Of a stretch of DNA of 64,000 bases, positions 46,029 through 53,644 are shown one piece after another (positions within the stretch are counted from its first letter, which is position 1; every line of letters begins with the position of its first letter). The translations under genes were made by a program, and so were the position numbers. The notes under the pieces are model-generated. The model saw only the letters and a program-made list of their open reading frames with translations, had not been told where the DNA came from and ran no database searches. The DNA comes from Acidimicrobiales bacterium (lineage in GTDB: Bacteria; Actinomycetota; Acidimicrobiia; Acidimicrobiales; SHLQ01): positions 80,039 through 144,038 of the forward strand of contig JAHDEJ010000009.1 of NCBI GenBank assembly GCA_020628865.1, written 5' to 3'.

Positions 46029-47423
46029 ATGACGTCCACGGCAACGGCCCCCGAATCCCGATCGCTGCGCCTCACCACGCTGCTGCGTCAGGTCGTCCTG
46101 CTTGGGCTTCTGTTCGTCACGATGCTCGTCACCGTGTTCGGTGTCACCGAGACAATCGACCAAGCGTTGCACACCGCGCAGTCGGGCAACGGCGCCCTCG
46201 CCCGATCGCTTGCGATGGTTGCGCTCGGCGCACCCGGATTCGCAGTGACGCTCTCGCTCACGGTCCATCGGCTGCGCGAGAGCGCCGGGTGGGTGACTGG
46301 TCCGATCTGGCAGCTCCATGTCGTGGTGTCGGTGACGGTGTCTCTGGTCGGCATGATGGTCGGCGGCGGCCGTGTGCTCGAAGAGCTCATCCGCAGCTCG
46401 ACGGTCGGCCTTCATGACGTCTCGGTCCTCCTCACATGGGGTGCCGTCTGGCTGATCTACTGGCGCGGTCTCGTGCCTCGGTTCGAACCGCGAGGCGACC
46501 TCCACTTCGCCGCTGTCTGTGTCGTGGGCCTGGTCCCGATGGCGATCGGGCAGACCGGCATCTTGCACATCGGATTGTCGCGAGCGTTCGATGCACTCGC
46601 TGGAGGTGAACCCCTCGACGTCCGGTCGGCGAGCGCAGGGTTCGGTGCCATGTTCCTGGTCGGCGCTGCTGTTTGGATCGGCCTCTGGATGCGGAGCTAC
46701 GAGTCGGCTCCTCGCAGCGACGCATGGCATGCCCTCGTCGTGCTTGTGGGCACGGCCGTCGGATTCGTCGCATGGTTGGCCGCGGTCGCACGGCTTGGCT
46801 GGCTCGTTGCGGTGTGGCTGGTTGGCGACCGGATCGCTCCGTTGGCTTCCGACCACTTCGACACTGCGTCCGTCTGGATCGGCGTCGGCCTCACCGGTGG
46901 CATTTCCTTCCTGTACCACCGCGGATTGATCGGACAGATCGCCGAACGCAATGATCCCGTCCGCGTCGCCGAACACCTCGTGCTGTTCGCATCGCTCGTC
47001 GCAGCGGCGACAGGCGCCGTGGTTCTGGTTTCCGGCGCGGCCAACCCAGACGGGTTTCACGTCAACACGGTGTTGGCCGGTGCGGTGACCATGGCCGCCG
47101 GTGCCGGTGTCGGGGCGCGCCTCGTCGCATGGATGATGGCGCTCGGCCGCACGGCACACGGTCCCACTGAGCGAGCGTCTGCGGTGCGCCGGGCGTACCA
47201 CCTGATCGTGCTCGGCACCGGAATCGTTGTCGGATTGTTTGCCGGGATCGATGCCTTGCAAGGCGTGTTTGAGGACCTGCTCGACGGTGACACCACCATT
47301 CGCACATTTCTCTTGCGGCGCGGCGAGCTGGCCACCGTCGCGGTCATCGTTCCAACGCTCTGGCTGCACCAGGTTGTCCTGCAACAGCACAAGGTGGCCG
47401 GTCAGCCGACCGTCGCCACATGA
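46029..47423 (+). CDS. polytopic integral membrane protein, unknown function
   Basis: 464 aa with about 12 hydrophobic helices. An ATGA overlap couples it to the following REC-kinase gene. Confidence 0.6.
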   Translation: MTSTATAPESRSLRLTTLLRQVVLLGLLFVTMLVTVFGVTETIDQALHTAQSGNGALARSLAMVALGAPGFAVTLSLTVHRLRESAGWVTGPIWQLHVVVSVTVSLVGMMVGGGRVLEELIRSSTVGLHDVSVLLTWGAVWLIYWRGLVPRFEPRGDLHFAAVCVVGLVPMAIGQTGILHIGLSRAFDALAGGEPLDVRSASAGFGAMFLVGAAVWIGLWMRSYESAPRSDAWHALVVLVGTAVGFVAWLAAVARLGWLVAVWLVGDRIAPLASDHFDTASVWIGVGLTGGISFLYHRGLIGQIAERNDPVRVAEHLVLFASLVAAATGAVVLVSGAANPDGFHVNTVLAGAVTMAAGAGVGARLVAWMMALGRTAHGPTERASAVRRAYHLIVLGTGIVVGLFAGIDALQGVFEDLLDGDTTIRTFLLRRGELATVAVIVPTLWLHQVVLQQHKVAGQPTVAT

Positions 47424-48490
47424 CGCCCACGGCACCGCGTCGAAGTAGCGTTGCGGACGCAATGATGGATCTGACCCGCCTCCGTGTGCTCCTCGTCGAG
47501 GACAACGAACTGGATGCCCGGGTCATGCTGCGGACGCTCCGCGAAGCCGCCGAGACCCGCTTCGACGTCCGCCACGAACGGTCGATGCGCGACGCCGTGG
47601 AGGCGCTGCAGGAGCAGGGGTTCGATTGCATCCTGATCGACCTCACCCTGCCGGACACGTTCGGACTCGAGGTGTTGGAGGCCGCCGGCAACGAAGCACC
47701 CGCCACCCCGGTGGTGGTGCTGACCGGGCTCGAGGATCCTCGCCTGGCGGTCGAAGCCGTGGAACATGGCGCGCACGATGTGCTTCCCAAGAGTCGGGTC
47801 GACGGCGACGTGGTGGCCCGGTCCATCCGGTATGCGGTCACCCGCCATCACAGCGAAACCGACCTTCGGGCGACCACGGAACAGCTGCGGGTGGCCAACG
47901 ATCGCAACCGCATTGCGCAGGACCTCCACGACACGGTGATTCAGCAGCTCTTCGCCACCGGCATGAGCTTGCAGGCGCTCACTGCTCGCATCGGTGAGGA
48001 AGAGGTTCGCCAGTCGATCCTCGAGTCCGTCGACCAGATCGACGTGGCGATCCGGGAACTCCGGCAGACGATCTTCGACCTGCACCTCGAACCCGAGTAC
48101 CCGACCGGCGATGAGATCGATCGGGTCATCGAGCAGCAGACCGGTGCCCTTGGCTTCGCGCCGTCGGTCACCCGACAAGGCCTGACCAGCCTGCGCTCCA
48201 GCCTTCGGAGCGACGTCGCCGCGGTGATTCGTGAGGCGCTCTCCAACGTGGCCCAACACGCTGACGCCTCGGTGGTGGCCATTCGTCTCGTGGTCGACGG
48301 GTCAGACCTGATCGTCGAGATCAGCGACAACGGCGTGGGAATCGACTCGACCGGTGCGCCGACATCGGCGTTGCGAGGTCACGGGCTCACGAACCTCCGC
48401 CAACGAGCGAAGGCGAACGGCGGCACGGCCGAGATCGGGCCGGGAGCGGACGGCGGCACAACCGTCCGGTGGGTGGTCCCCGTCGGCTGA
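47420..48490 (+). CDS. hybrid protein: N-terminal receiver (REC) domain + DosS/DosT-like HisKA_3 kinase core
   Basis: REC domain (RVLLVEDNELDARVM..DCILIDLTLPDTFG..VVVLTGLED..DVLPK) is followed by H-box RIAQDLHDTVIQQLFATGMSLQ and HATPase motifs (EALSNVAQHA; DNGVGID; GHGLTNLRQRA). No GAF, PAS or TM segment. Confidence 0.85.
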   Translation: MTPTAPRRSSVADAMMDLTRLRVLLVEDNELDARVMLRTLREAAETRFDVRHERSMRDAVEALQEQGFDCILIDLTLPDTFGLEVLEAAGNEAPATPVVVLTGLEDPRLAVEAVEHGAHDVLPKSRVDGDVVARSIRYAVTRHHSETDLRATTEQLRVANDRNRIAQDLHDTVIQQLFATGMSLQALTARIGEEEVRQSILESVDQIDVAIRELRQTIFDLHLEPEYPTGDEIDRVIEQQTGALGFAPSVTRQGLTSLRSSLRSDVAAVIREALSNVAQHADASVVAIRLVVDGSDLIVEISDNGVGIDSTGAPTSALRGHGLTNLRQRAKANGGTAEIGPGADGGTTVRWVVPVG

Positions 48491-48502
48491 GGCCGACTGG
48501 GC

Positions 48503-49276
48503 TCAGGCGGCTGACGGACCCAGGGCCACAACGGGCACGGTCGACGCATCGATGGCGTCGAAGGCCACGCTTCCCTCACAGATCCACGGCAGTCCGGTCC
48601 GGGCGTGGGTCGGGATCACGAGCAGGCCATCGGCCGACCGCTCCGCGAGGAGCGGACCGAGCGAGCGCGTCTCGACCGCGGAATCCAGCATGCGGGCGTG
48701 GATCTCGTCCGGTCGATCGAAGAGGTCGTCGTCGTAGTCGTGCTCGTAGACGACACCGTCCGGGTCGATGGTGAGTGTTGCGACCGGCAGCTCGCCGAAC
48801 ACGTGGGCGAGCGTTTCTGCCTGCCGTCGGGCCGCGCGATTGCCGGTGCGATCTGCGCTGGCAAGGTAGACCCGTTCGGGTCTGGTGGCGCCGGTCATCG
48901 ACGGTCCGACGAGCACGACGGGTTCGGTCGAAATCGCCAGGATCGACGCGGCACACGAGCCGACGTAGTGGTGGTCACGGAAGGGTGACGCCGCGGTGGC
49001 CATGACGGTGAAGCGATCGGCGCACGCTCGTGTCACCGCCTCGTGCTCGTCGGTCGACTCGATCACATGCAGCGACATCGGGACGGGTTCTTGCCGGGCG
49101 AGGGCGGCGATGCGTCGGCTGAAGTCCTGATGGCGGCCGGCCACATCGTCGTCGGGGTGGGCGACGTGCACGAACAGAAGACGACGCTCGAACGCCGTGG
49201 CGAAGGCGGCGGCGATTCGACCGACGAAGTGAACATCGTCGAGGTGGCGCACGGGAACCACGATCGGATCAGTCAT
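48503..49276 (-). CDS. tandem universal stress protein (USP)-like protein
   Basis: Two USP-like halves ending in ..EPVVLVGP and ..VPVVALGP. They are divergent from canonical USPs, so this is family-level only. Confidence 0.55.
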   Translation of the reverse strand: MTDPIVVPVRHLDDVHFVGRIAAAFATAFERRLLFVHVAHPDDDVAGRHQDFSRRIAALARQEPVPMSLHVIESTDEHEAVTRACADRFTVMATAASPFRDHHYVGSCAASILAISTEPVVLVGPSMTGATRPERVYLASADRTGNRAARRQAETLAHVFGELPVATLTIDPDGVVYEHDYDDDLFDRPDEIHARMLDSAVETRSLGPLLAERSADGLLVIPTHARTGLPWICEGSVAFDAIDASTVPVVALGPSAA

Positions 49277-49739
49277 CGGCGCACACCACCAATTCGTCGG
49301 CGGGCACGACCAGAAGCGGCGTCTTCAGATGGTGCACGAGGTACGTGGTGGTCGAACCGACGAGCAGTCCGCGGAAGCCACCCATGCCACGCGTGCCGGT
49401 GACGGTGAGCACGACGTTGGCATCTTCTTCGTAGTGGTTGACGCAAAGCAGTTGTGAACCGACGTGGCCGAGGCGGACGACCGACCGTACCTGCACCGGG
49501 AATCCGTCCGGATACTCGTCCTCGACGATGCGGAGTTCTCGTTCGAGCGCGGCTCGGCCCGCTTCCTCCAACGCACCGAGGTCGACCACTGCGGCGTCGC
49601 CGACCCCGATCATGAGCGGGTAGTGCACGACGTGCACTGCGAGGACGCCGGCGGACCGCCATTCGGCTTCGGCGATCGCTGTGCGAAGCGCGCGACGCGC
49701 GTTCCCGGATCCATCAACTCCCACCACGACGACATCCAT
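49269..49739 (-). CDS. universal stress protein (single UspA domain)
   Basis: Carries VVVGVDGSGNARRALRTAIAEA and C-terminal TGTRGMGGFRGLLVGSTTTYLVHHLKTPLLVV. The ATG at 49739 was chosen because the remainder of ORF 49269..51011 is antisense junk. Confidence 0.85.
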   Translation of the reverse strand: MDVVVVGVDGSGNARRALRTAIAEAEWRSAGVLAVHVVHYPLMIGVGDAAVVDLGALEEAGRAALERELRIVEDEYPDGFPVQVRSVVRLGHVGSQLLCVNHYEEDANVVLTVTGTRGMGGFRGLLVGSTTTYLVHHLKTPLLVVPADELVVCADD

Positions 49740-49801
49740 TGGTTCGTCCTTTCGTTTCGTTGGTTGGTGTTCAGCATCAGCGCGACGGGCCGCTCCGGGC
49801 A

Positions 49802-49815
49802 GGGGCTTTGGTCCC
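49802..49815. promoter_or_regulatory. DevR/DosR-box-like palindrome GGGGCTTTGGTCCC
   Basis: It sits in the divergent region between the USP (49739, -) and the permease (49851, +). The centre is 42.5 nt from the + ATG and 69.5 nt from the - ATG. Confidence 0.5.
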
Positions 49816-49850
49816 TTCTGCATTCGAGCGAGGTTCCGCAGGCTGTCGTC

Positions 49851-51092
49851 ATGCTCACGGACCCGACCACTTCCACCCCGACGTCCCCAGCCACCGGCGA
49901 GGACGCCGGCCTCGAACGGACCCTGTCGCTGCCGCTGCTCGTGTTCTACGGGCTCGGCGTGACCGTGGGAGCCGGAATCTTCGCCCTCGTCGGCGAGATC
50001 CTCGGCATCGCCGGCGACCAGGCCCCGCTCGCATTCCTTCTGGCCGGCGTGATCGCCGGTTTCACCGGGATCTCGTACATGGCGCTCGTCGCGCAGTTCC
50101 CTCGGGCTGGTGGTGAAGCGGTCTATGTGAACCGTGGGCTCGGTCGACAGGCCGGCCGCTTCGCCGGTCTTGGAGTTGTGGTGACCGGGATCATCTCGAG
50201 CGCAGTGGTCGCCCAGGCCTTCTCGGGTTACGTGGCCACGTTGGTCTCGGTTCCCAAGAGCCTGACCGCAGCGCTCCTCGTCCTCCTCCTCACGGCCGTG
50301 GCCTGGTGGGGTGTTCGAGAGAGTGTGATCGTCGCCAGCGTCGTCACGATTCTGGAGGTCGGCACGCTGATGATCGTGGCCCTCTTCGGCGTCCCCGAGA
50401 TCGACCTTGGTGTGGTGCAGGACGGCTTCGATCTCCGAGGCGCTGGGACGGCGGGAGCGGTGCTCACCGGGGCCGGCATCGCCTTCTTCGCCTTCATCGG
50501 TTTCGAGGACATCGCCAACATGGCCGAAGAGACGAACAACCCCCGGACGACGGCACCTCGAGCCATCCGCTGGACCCTGTCGATCACGTTGATCGCCTAC
50601 GTGGGACTTGCACTCGTGGCCGCGTCGCTTCCGGACCGAGCGGCCATCGCCGACTCGGACGCACCGATGGCGGTGATCTTCGAAGCGGTCAGCGGCCTGG
50701 GTTCGGCACCGGTGGCGACCATCGCCGCATTTGCGATGGTGAACGGCATCCTCGTGCAGATCGTGATGGCCTCGCGTGTGCTCTACGGCATGGCCAATGA
50801 GGGCCAGCTTCCGGGCACGTTCTCGGTGATCGACAGTCGTCGGCGCACCCCGGCTCGAGCGACCCTCTTCGTGGGTGCGGCGATCGTCCTGCTGTTGATG
50901 TTCCCGCTGGTCACGCTCGCTCGGGCAACGAGCATCGTGACGCTGAGCGTCTTCACGCTGGTGAACGTGGCGCTCGTCCGGCTCACTCGCACCATCCCCG
51001 AGCTGGGGCACACCCGCTGGCTCCTGAATGGCGCCATCGGCGCGGTCGTCTCAGCCGGCCTGGGTGTGTGGCAGATCGTCGAACTCTTCTGA
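49851..51092 (+). CDS. APC superfamily amino acid / polyamine permease
   Basis: LSLPLLVFYGLGVTVGAGIFAL.., FIGFEDIANMAEETNNP and 12 TM helices are present. The ATG at 49851 was chosen. Confidence 0.85.
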   Translation: MLTDPTTSTPTSPATGEDAGLERTLSLPLLVFYGLGVTVGAGIFALVGEILGIAGDQAPLAFLLAGVIAGFTGISYMALVAQFPRAGGEAVYVNRGLGRQAGRFAGLGVVVTGIISSAVVAQAFSGYVATLVSVPKSLTAALLVLLLTAVAWWGVRESVIVASVVTILEVGTLMIVALFGVPEIDLGVVQDGFDLRGAGTAGAVLTGAGIAFFAFIGFEDIANMAEETNNPRTTAPRAIRWTLSITLIAYVGLALVAASLPDRAAIADSDAPMAVIFEAVSGLGSAPVATIAAFAMVNGILVQIVMASRVLYGMANEGQLPGTFSVIDSRRRTPARATLFVGAAIVLLLMFPLVTLARATSIVTLSVFTLVNVALVRLTRTIPELGHTRWLLNGAIGAVVSAGLGVWQIVELF

Positions 51093-51093
51093 G

Positions 51094-51750
51094 CTACTCG
51101 AACCGGCGGCGCTGTTGCTCTTCGACACGAACGGCCATCGCTGCCGCCTGGGTTCGTCGGGTCACACCGAGCTTTGCGAACAGGTTGGAGATGTAGTTCT
51201 TCACCGTCTTCTCGGCGAGGTGCATCTGCTCGGCGATCTGTCGGTTCGACATGCCGTCGCCGATGAGATCGAAGATCCTGCGTTCCTGAGGTGTGAGCTC
51301 GGCCAGCATGCCCGCCTCCGTGTCCCGCACGCGGCGCATCCGCATGCGAACCTCGGCATCATCGAGCAGTTGGGCACCGGCAGCCACCTTGCGGATCGAG
51401 ACGATCAGGTCGTTCGAGCGAACCTCTTTGAGGACGTAGCCCGCGGCGCCCGCCATCGCTGCTTCGAGCAGCGCCTGGTCGTCGGCGAAGGAGGTGAGGA
51501 TCAGGCAGGGTAGCTCCGGATGCTCTGCCCGAACCTCCCGGCACACTTCGATTCCGTTGCCGTCGCCGAGGCGAACGTCGAGCACGGCCACGTCGGGTTC
51601 GCAGCGACGAATCTCGGCCATCGCTTCCGCCGCGCTGGCGGCTTCGCCGACGACCGTCATGTCGGCCTCCGCCTCGATGAGGCCCGCCAGGCCACGACGG
51701 ACGATCTCGTGATCGTCGAGCAGAAAAACGCGAGTCAGCGGCTCGGTCAT
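51094..51750 (-). CDS. devR: DevR/DosR-like NarL-family response regulator
   Basis: RVFLLDDHEIVRRGLAGLI..PDVAVLDVRLGDGNGIEVCREV..CLILTSFADDQALLEAAMAGAAGYVLKEV and LTPQERRIFDLIGDGMSNRQIAEQMHLAEKTVKNYISNLFAKLGVTRRTQAA run nearly colinear with Mycobacterium tuberculosis DevR as I recall it. Confidence 0.8.
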   Translation of the reverse strand: MTEPLTRVFLLDDHEIVRRGLAGLIEAEADMTVVGEAASAAEAMAEIRRCEPDVAVLDVRLGDGNGIEVCREVRAEHPELPCLILTSFADDQALLEAAMAGAAGYVLKEVRSNDLIVSIRKVAAGAQLLDDAEVRMRMRRVRDTEAGMLAELTPQERRIFDLIGDGMSNRQIAEQMHLAEKTVKNYISNLFAKLGVTRRTQAAAMAVRVEEQQRRRFE

Positions 51751-51803
51751 GGCGGCTCCCTTCACGGCTGGGCTCCGGCCAATCGTAGTTTCGATGAACA
51801 CCG

Positions 51804-52628
51804 TCAGGAGATGGAGTCGTTGCGGTGGACGGCGAGCACAGGCACCGGGCTCATCGCAACGACATCATCGAGCACGCTCCCGTGGAGGAGCCGGTCGAGT
51901 CCGAGTGGCACGTGGGAGGTCATGGCAACCATTGGTGCGTTGCGGGCAATTGCGGTCTCGACGATTTCCGGCGCCGCATCACCGTGCCGCACTTCGTACA
52001 TGGGTGTGGGGATCTGAGGAGCGCTGCTGCGGGCAAGGTTCGCCACGTACGCGGACTCCTGCACATCGCCGGACCGTGCGGACACCAGGTCGGCCGAGGT
52101 GTCGGGGTCGAGCACGGTCATCAGATCCAGTGGACGGCGGAAGGTGTCAGCGAACGCCTCGGCGGAAGCGAGAATCCGTTCAGCCCCGTCCGATCCGTCG
52201 AGCGCAACCACCACCGGCCCGTCTCGGAGAAGCGGGGCGGGTTCGCACTTCGGACCGACGAGGACGACGGGCCGGTCGAGGTAGGTGAGCACGTCCATGG
52301 TCATCGATCCGGTGAGTGCAGCTCGTCGGCCGCCCTTCGTGGCGGAGAGGACCAGGATCGCGTCGGGTGAGGCGGCGGTCTCGTCGACGAGCTCGTCGTG
52401 GAAGAAGCCCTGCGTGACCATCGCGGTCACCGTGGCTCGAAGACCGGTGCGAATGCTGATCGAGTCGGCGACGCGCTGGGCCATGTCGAGCTGGCCGATC
52501 CGGTCGTCGGACGAGCCGACGAGGAGGCGCATGGAACCGCCGAGGGCCCGGGTGAGATCGGTGGCGATGGCGAGCGTTCGCTCGGATCGTTCCGTTTCGG
52601 TGAAGGGGACAAGCACTTCCTTGAACAT
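51804..52628 (-). CDS. tandem universal stress protein
   Basis: The ATG at 52628 gives MFKEVLVPFTETE. Two USP halves end in RPVVLVGP and VPVLAVH. It lies upstream of and co-directional with devR. Confidence 0.75.
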   Translation of the reverse strand: MFKEVLVPFTETERSERTLAIATDLTRALGGSMRLLVGSSDDRIGQLDMAQRVADSISIRTGLRATVTAMVTQGFFHDELVDETAASPDAILVLSATKGGRRAALTGSMTMDVLTYLDRPVVLVGPKCEPAPLLRDGPVVVALDGSDGAERILASAEAFADTFRRPLDLMTVLDPDTSADLVSARSGDVQESAYVANLARSSAPQIPTPMYEVRHGDAAPEIVETAIARNAPMVAMTSHVPLGLDRLLHGSVLDDVVAMSPVPVLAVHRNDSIS

Positions 52629-52690
52629 GGGTCGCTCCTGCTCTCTGTCGTCGGTCCCTTCATCGTGCGTTGCGACGTGTGATTGGCACA

Positions 52691-52729
52691 GGGTCGAAGG
52701 TCCCGCCCCGGTGTCGGGACCTTGGGCCC
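52691..52729. promoter_or_regulatory. two DevR/DosR-box-like palindromes in a divergent USP promoter region
   Basis: GGGTCGAAGGTCCC (52691-52704) and GGGACCTTGGGCCC (52716-52729) have centres 25 bp apart. An extra half-site GGTCCCTTC lies at 52654-52662. Confidence 0.5.
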
Positions 52730-52798
52730 TGCTGTTCCTCGTGCGTCGTCGCAACGATGGTGGCGGGAACACTCCCAGGAGACTCCGGAGGTGGAGCG

Positions 52799-53644
52799 AT
52801 GACCGACCGAATCGTGGTGGCAGTCGATGACACCGAGGCTGCGGCGGCGGCCCTTGGCTGGGCCGTCGACCTCGTCGACCATGAGCATGCCCGCGGCAAC
52901 AAGGTCCACACGACCCTCCTGACCGTGCATGAGCCGCGGGAGTTCGTCGGCATCGAGGGGTATGGCCTCGTGAAGTCCGCCCATGCCGTTGCGGAGGCGC
53001 AGCAACTGCTGAGCCGGCTGCTGCAGGCGGAGCCGGCCGCAGCGGACTTCGAACGGGTCATCGGTGGTGGTGAGGTTCGTCGAGCGATCCTCGACGAGGC
53101 CGGCCACCAGCGGGCGGATCTGATCGTTGTCGGGACCCGCCATCTCGGGGCAGTACGGCAGGCGATGGTCGGCAGTGTGAGTCAGTTCGTCGCTGCGCAA
53201 CGAGAGTGTCCGGTGGCGGTTGTGCCGGCCGAGGCGACCCGGTCCAGCGATCGGGTACTCGTCGGATACGACGGCTCAGCTGGCGCCCGAGCGGCGATTC
53301 GCTGGGCACTGGAGAATTGCGACGGTGACGTGCACGTCGTCCACGTTGTGGGGGCGCAATCCGATCTGGTCGAGAGCCGCGAGGCGTTGGCCGCGCTGGT
53401 GCCCGCGCTCGGCGACGAGGCCGTTGGTCGTGTCACCGCTGAGAGTGTCGTGGGTGATCCGGTTGATGTGTTGAGCGACCCCACCTGGGCGGCTCCACAG
53501 GTGGTTGTCGGTGCTCGGAGCGACTCCGACCAGCGGGATGCCATCTGGGGTTCCGTCACGACCCAACTCCTCGCAACGACCGAACGCCCTGTTGTGGTCG
53601 TTCCGCCAGAGCCCTGGCTCTGGGGCCGTCACGCCCCCAGCTGA
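52799..53644 (+). CDS. tandem universal stress protein
   Basis: The ATG at 52799 follows GGAGGTGGAG. It carries RIVVAVDDTEAAAAALGWAV, DLIVVGTRHLG..GSVSQFVAAQRECPVAVV and a second half ending RPVVVVP. Confidence 0.85.
   Translation: MTDRIVVAVDDTEAAAAALGWAVDLVDHEHARGNKVHTTLLTVHEPREFVGIEGYGLVKSAHAVAEAQQLLSRLLQAEPAAADFERVIGGGEVRRAILDEAGHQRADLIVVGTRHLGAVRQAMVGSVSQFVAAQRECPVAVVPAEATRSSDRVLVGYDGSAGARAAIRWALENCDGDVHVVHVVGAQSDLVESREALAALVPALGDEAVGRVTAESVVGDPVDVLSDPTWAAPQVVVGARSDSDQRDAIWGSVTTQLLATTERPVVVVPPEPWLWGRHAPS

Noticed and set aside
49740-51011. Upstream 424 aa of ORF 49269..51011 (minus strand)
   Set aside because: It is antisense to the APC permease gene and extremely rich in Arg/Asp/His/Gly. 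Only the C-terminal 156-aa USP is credible.
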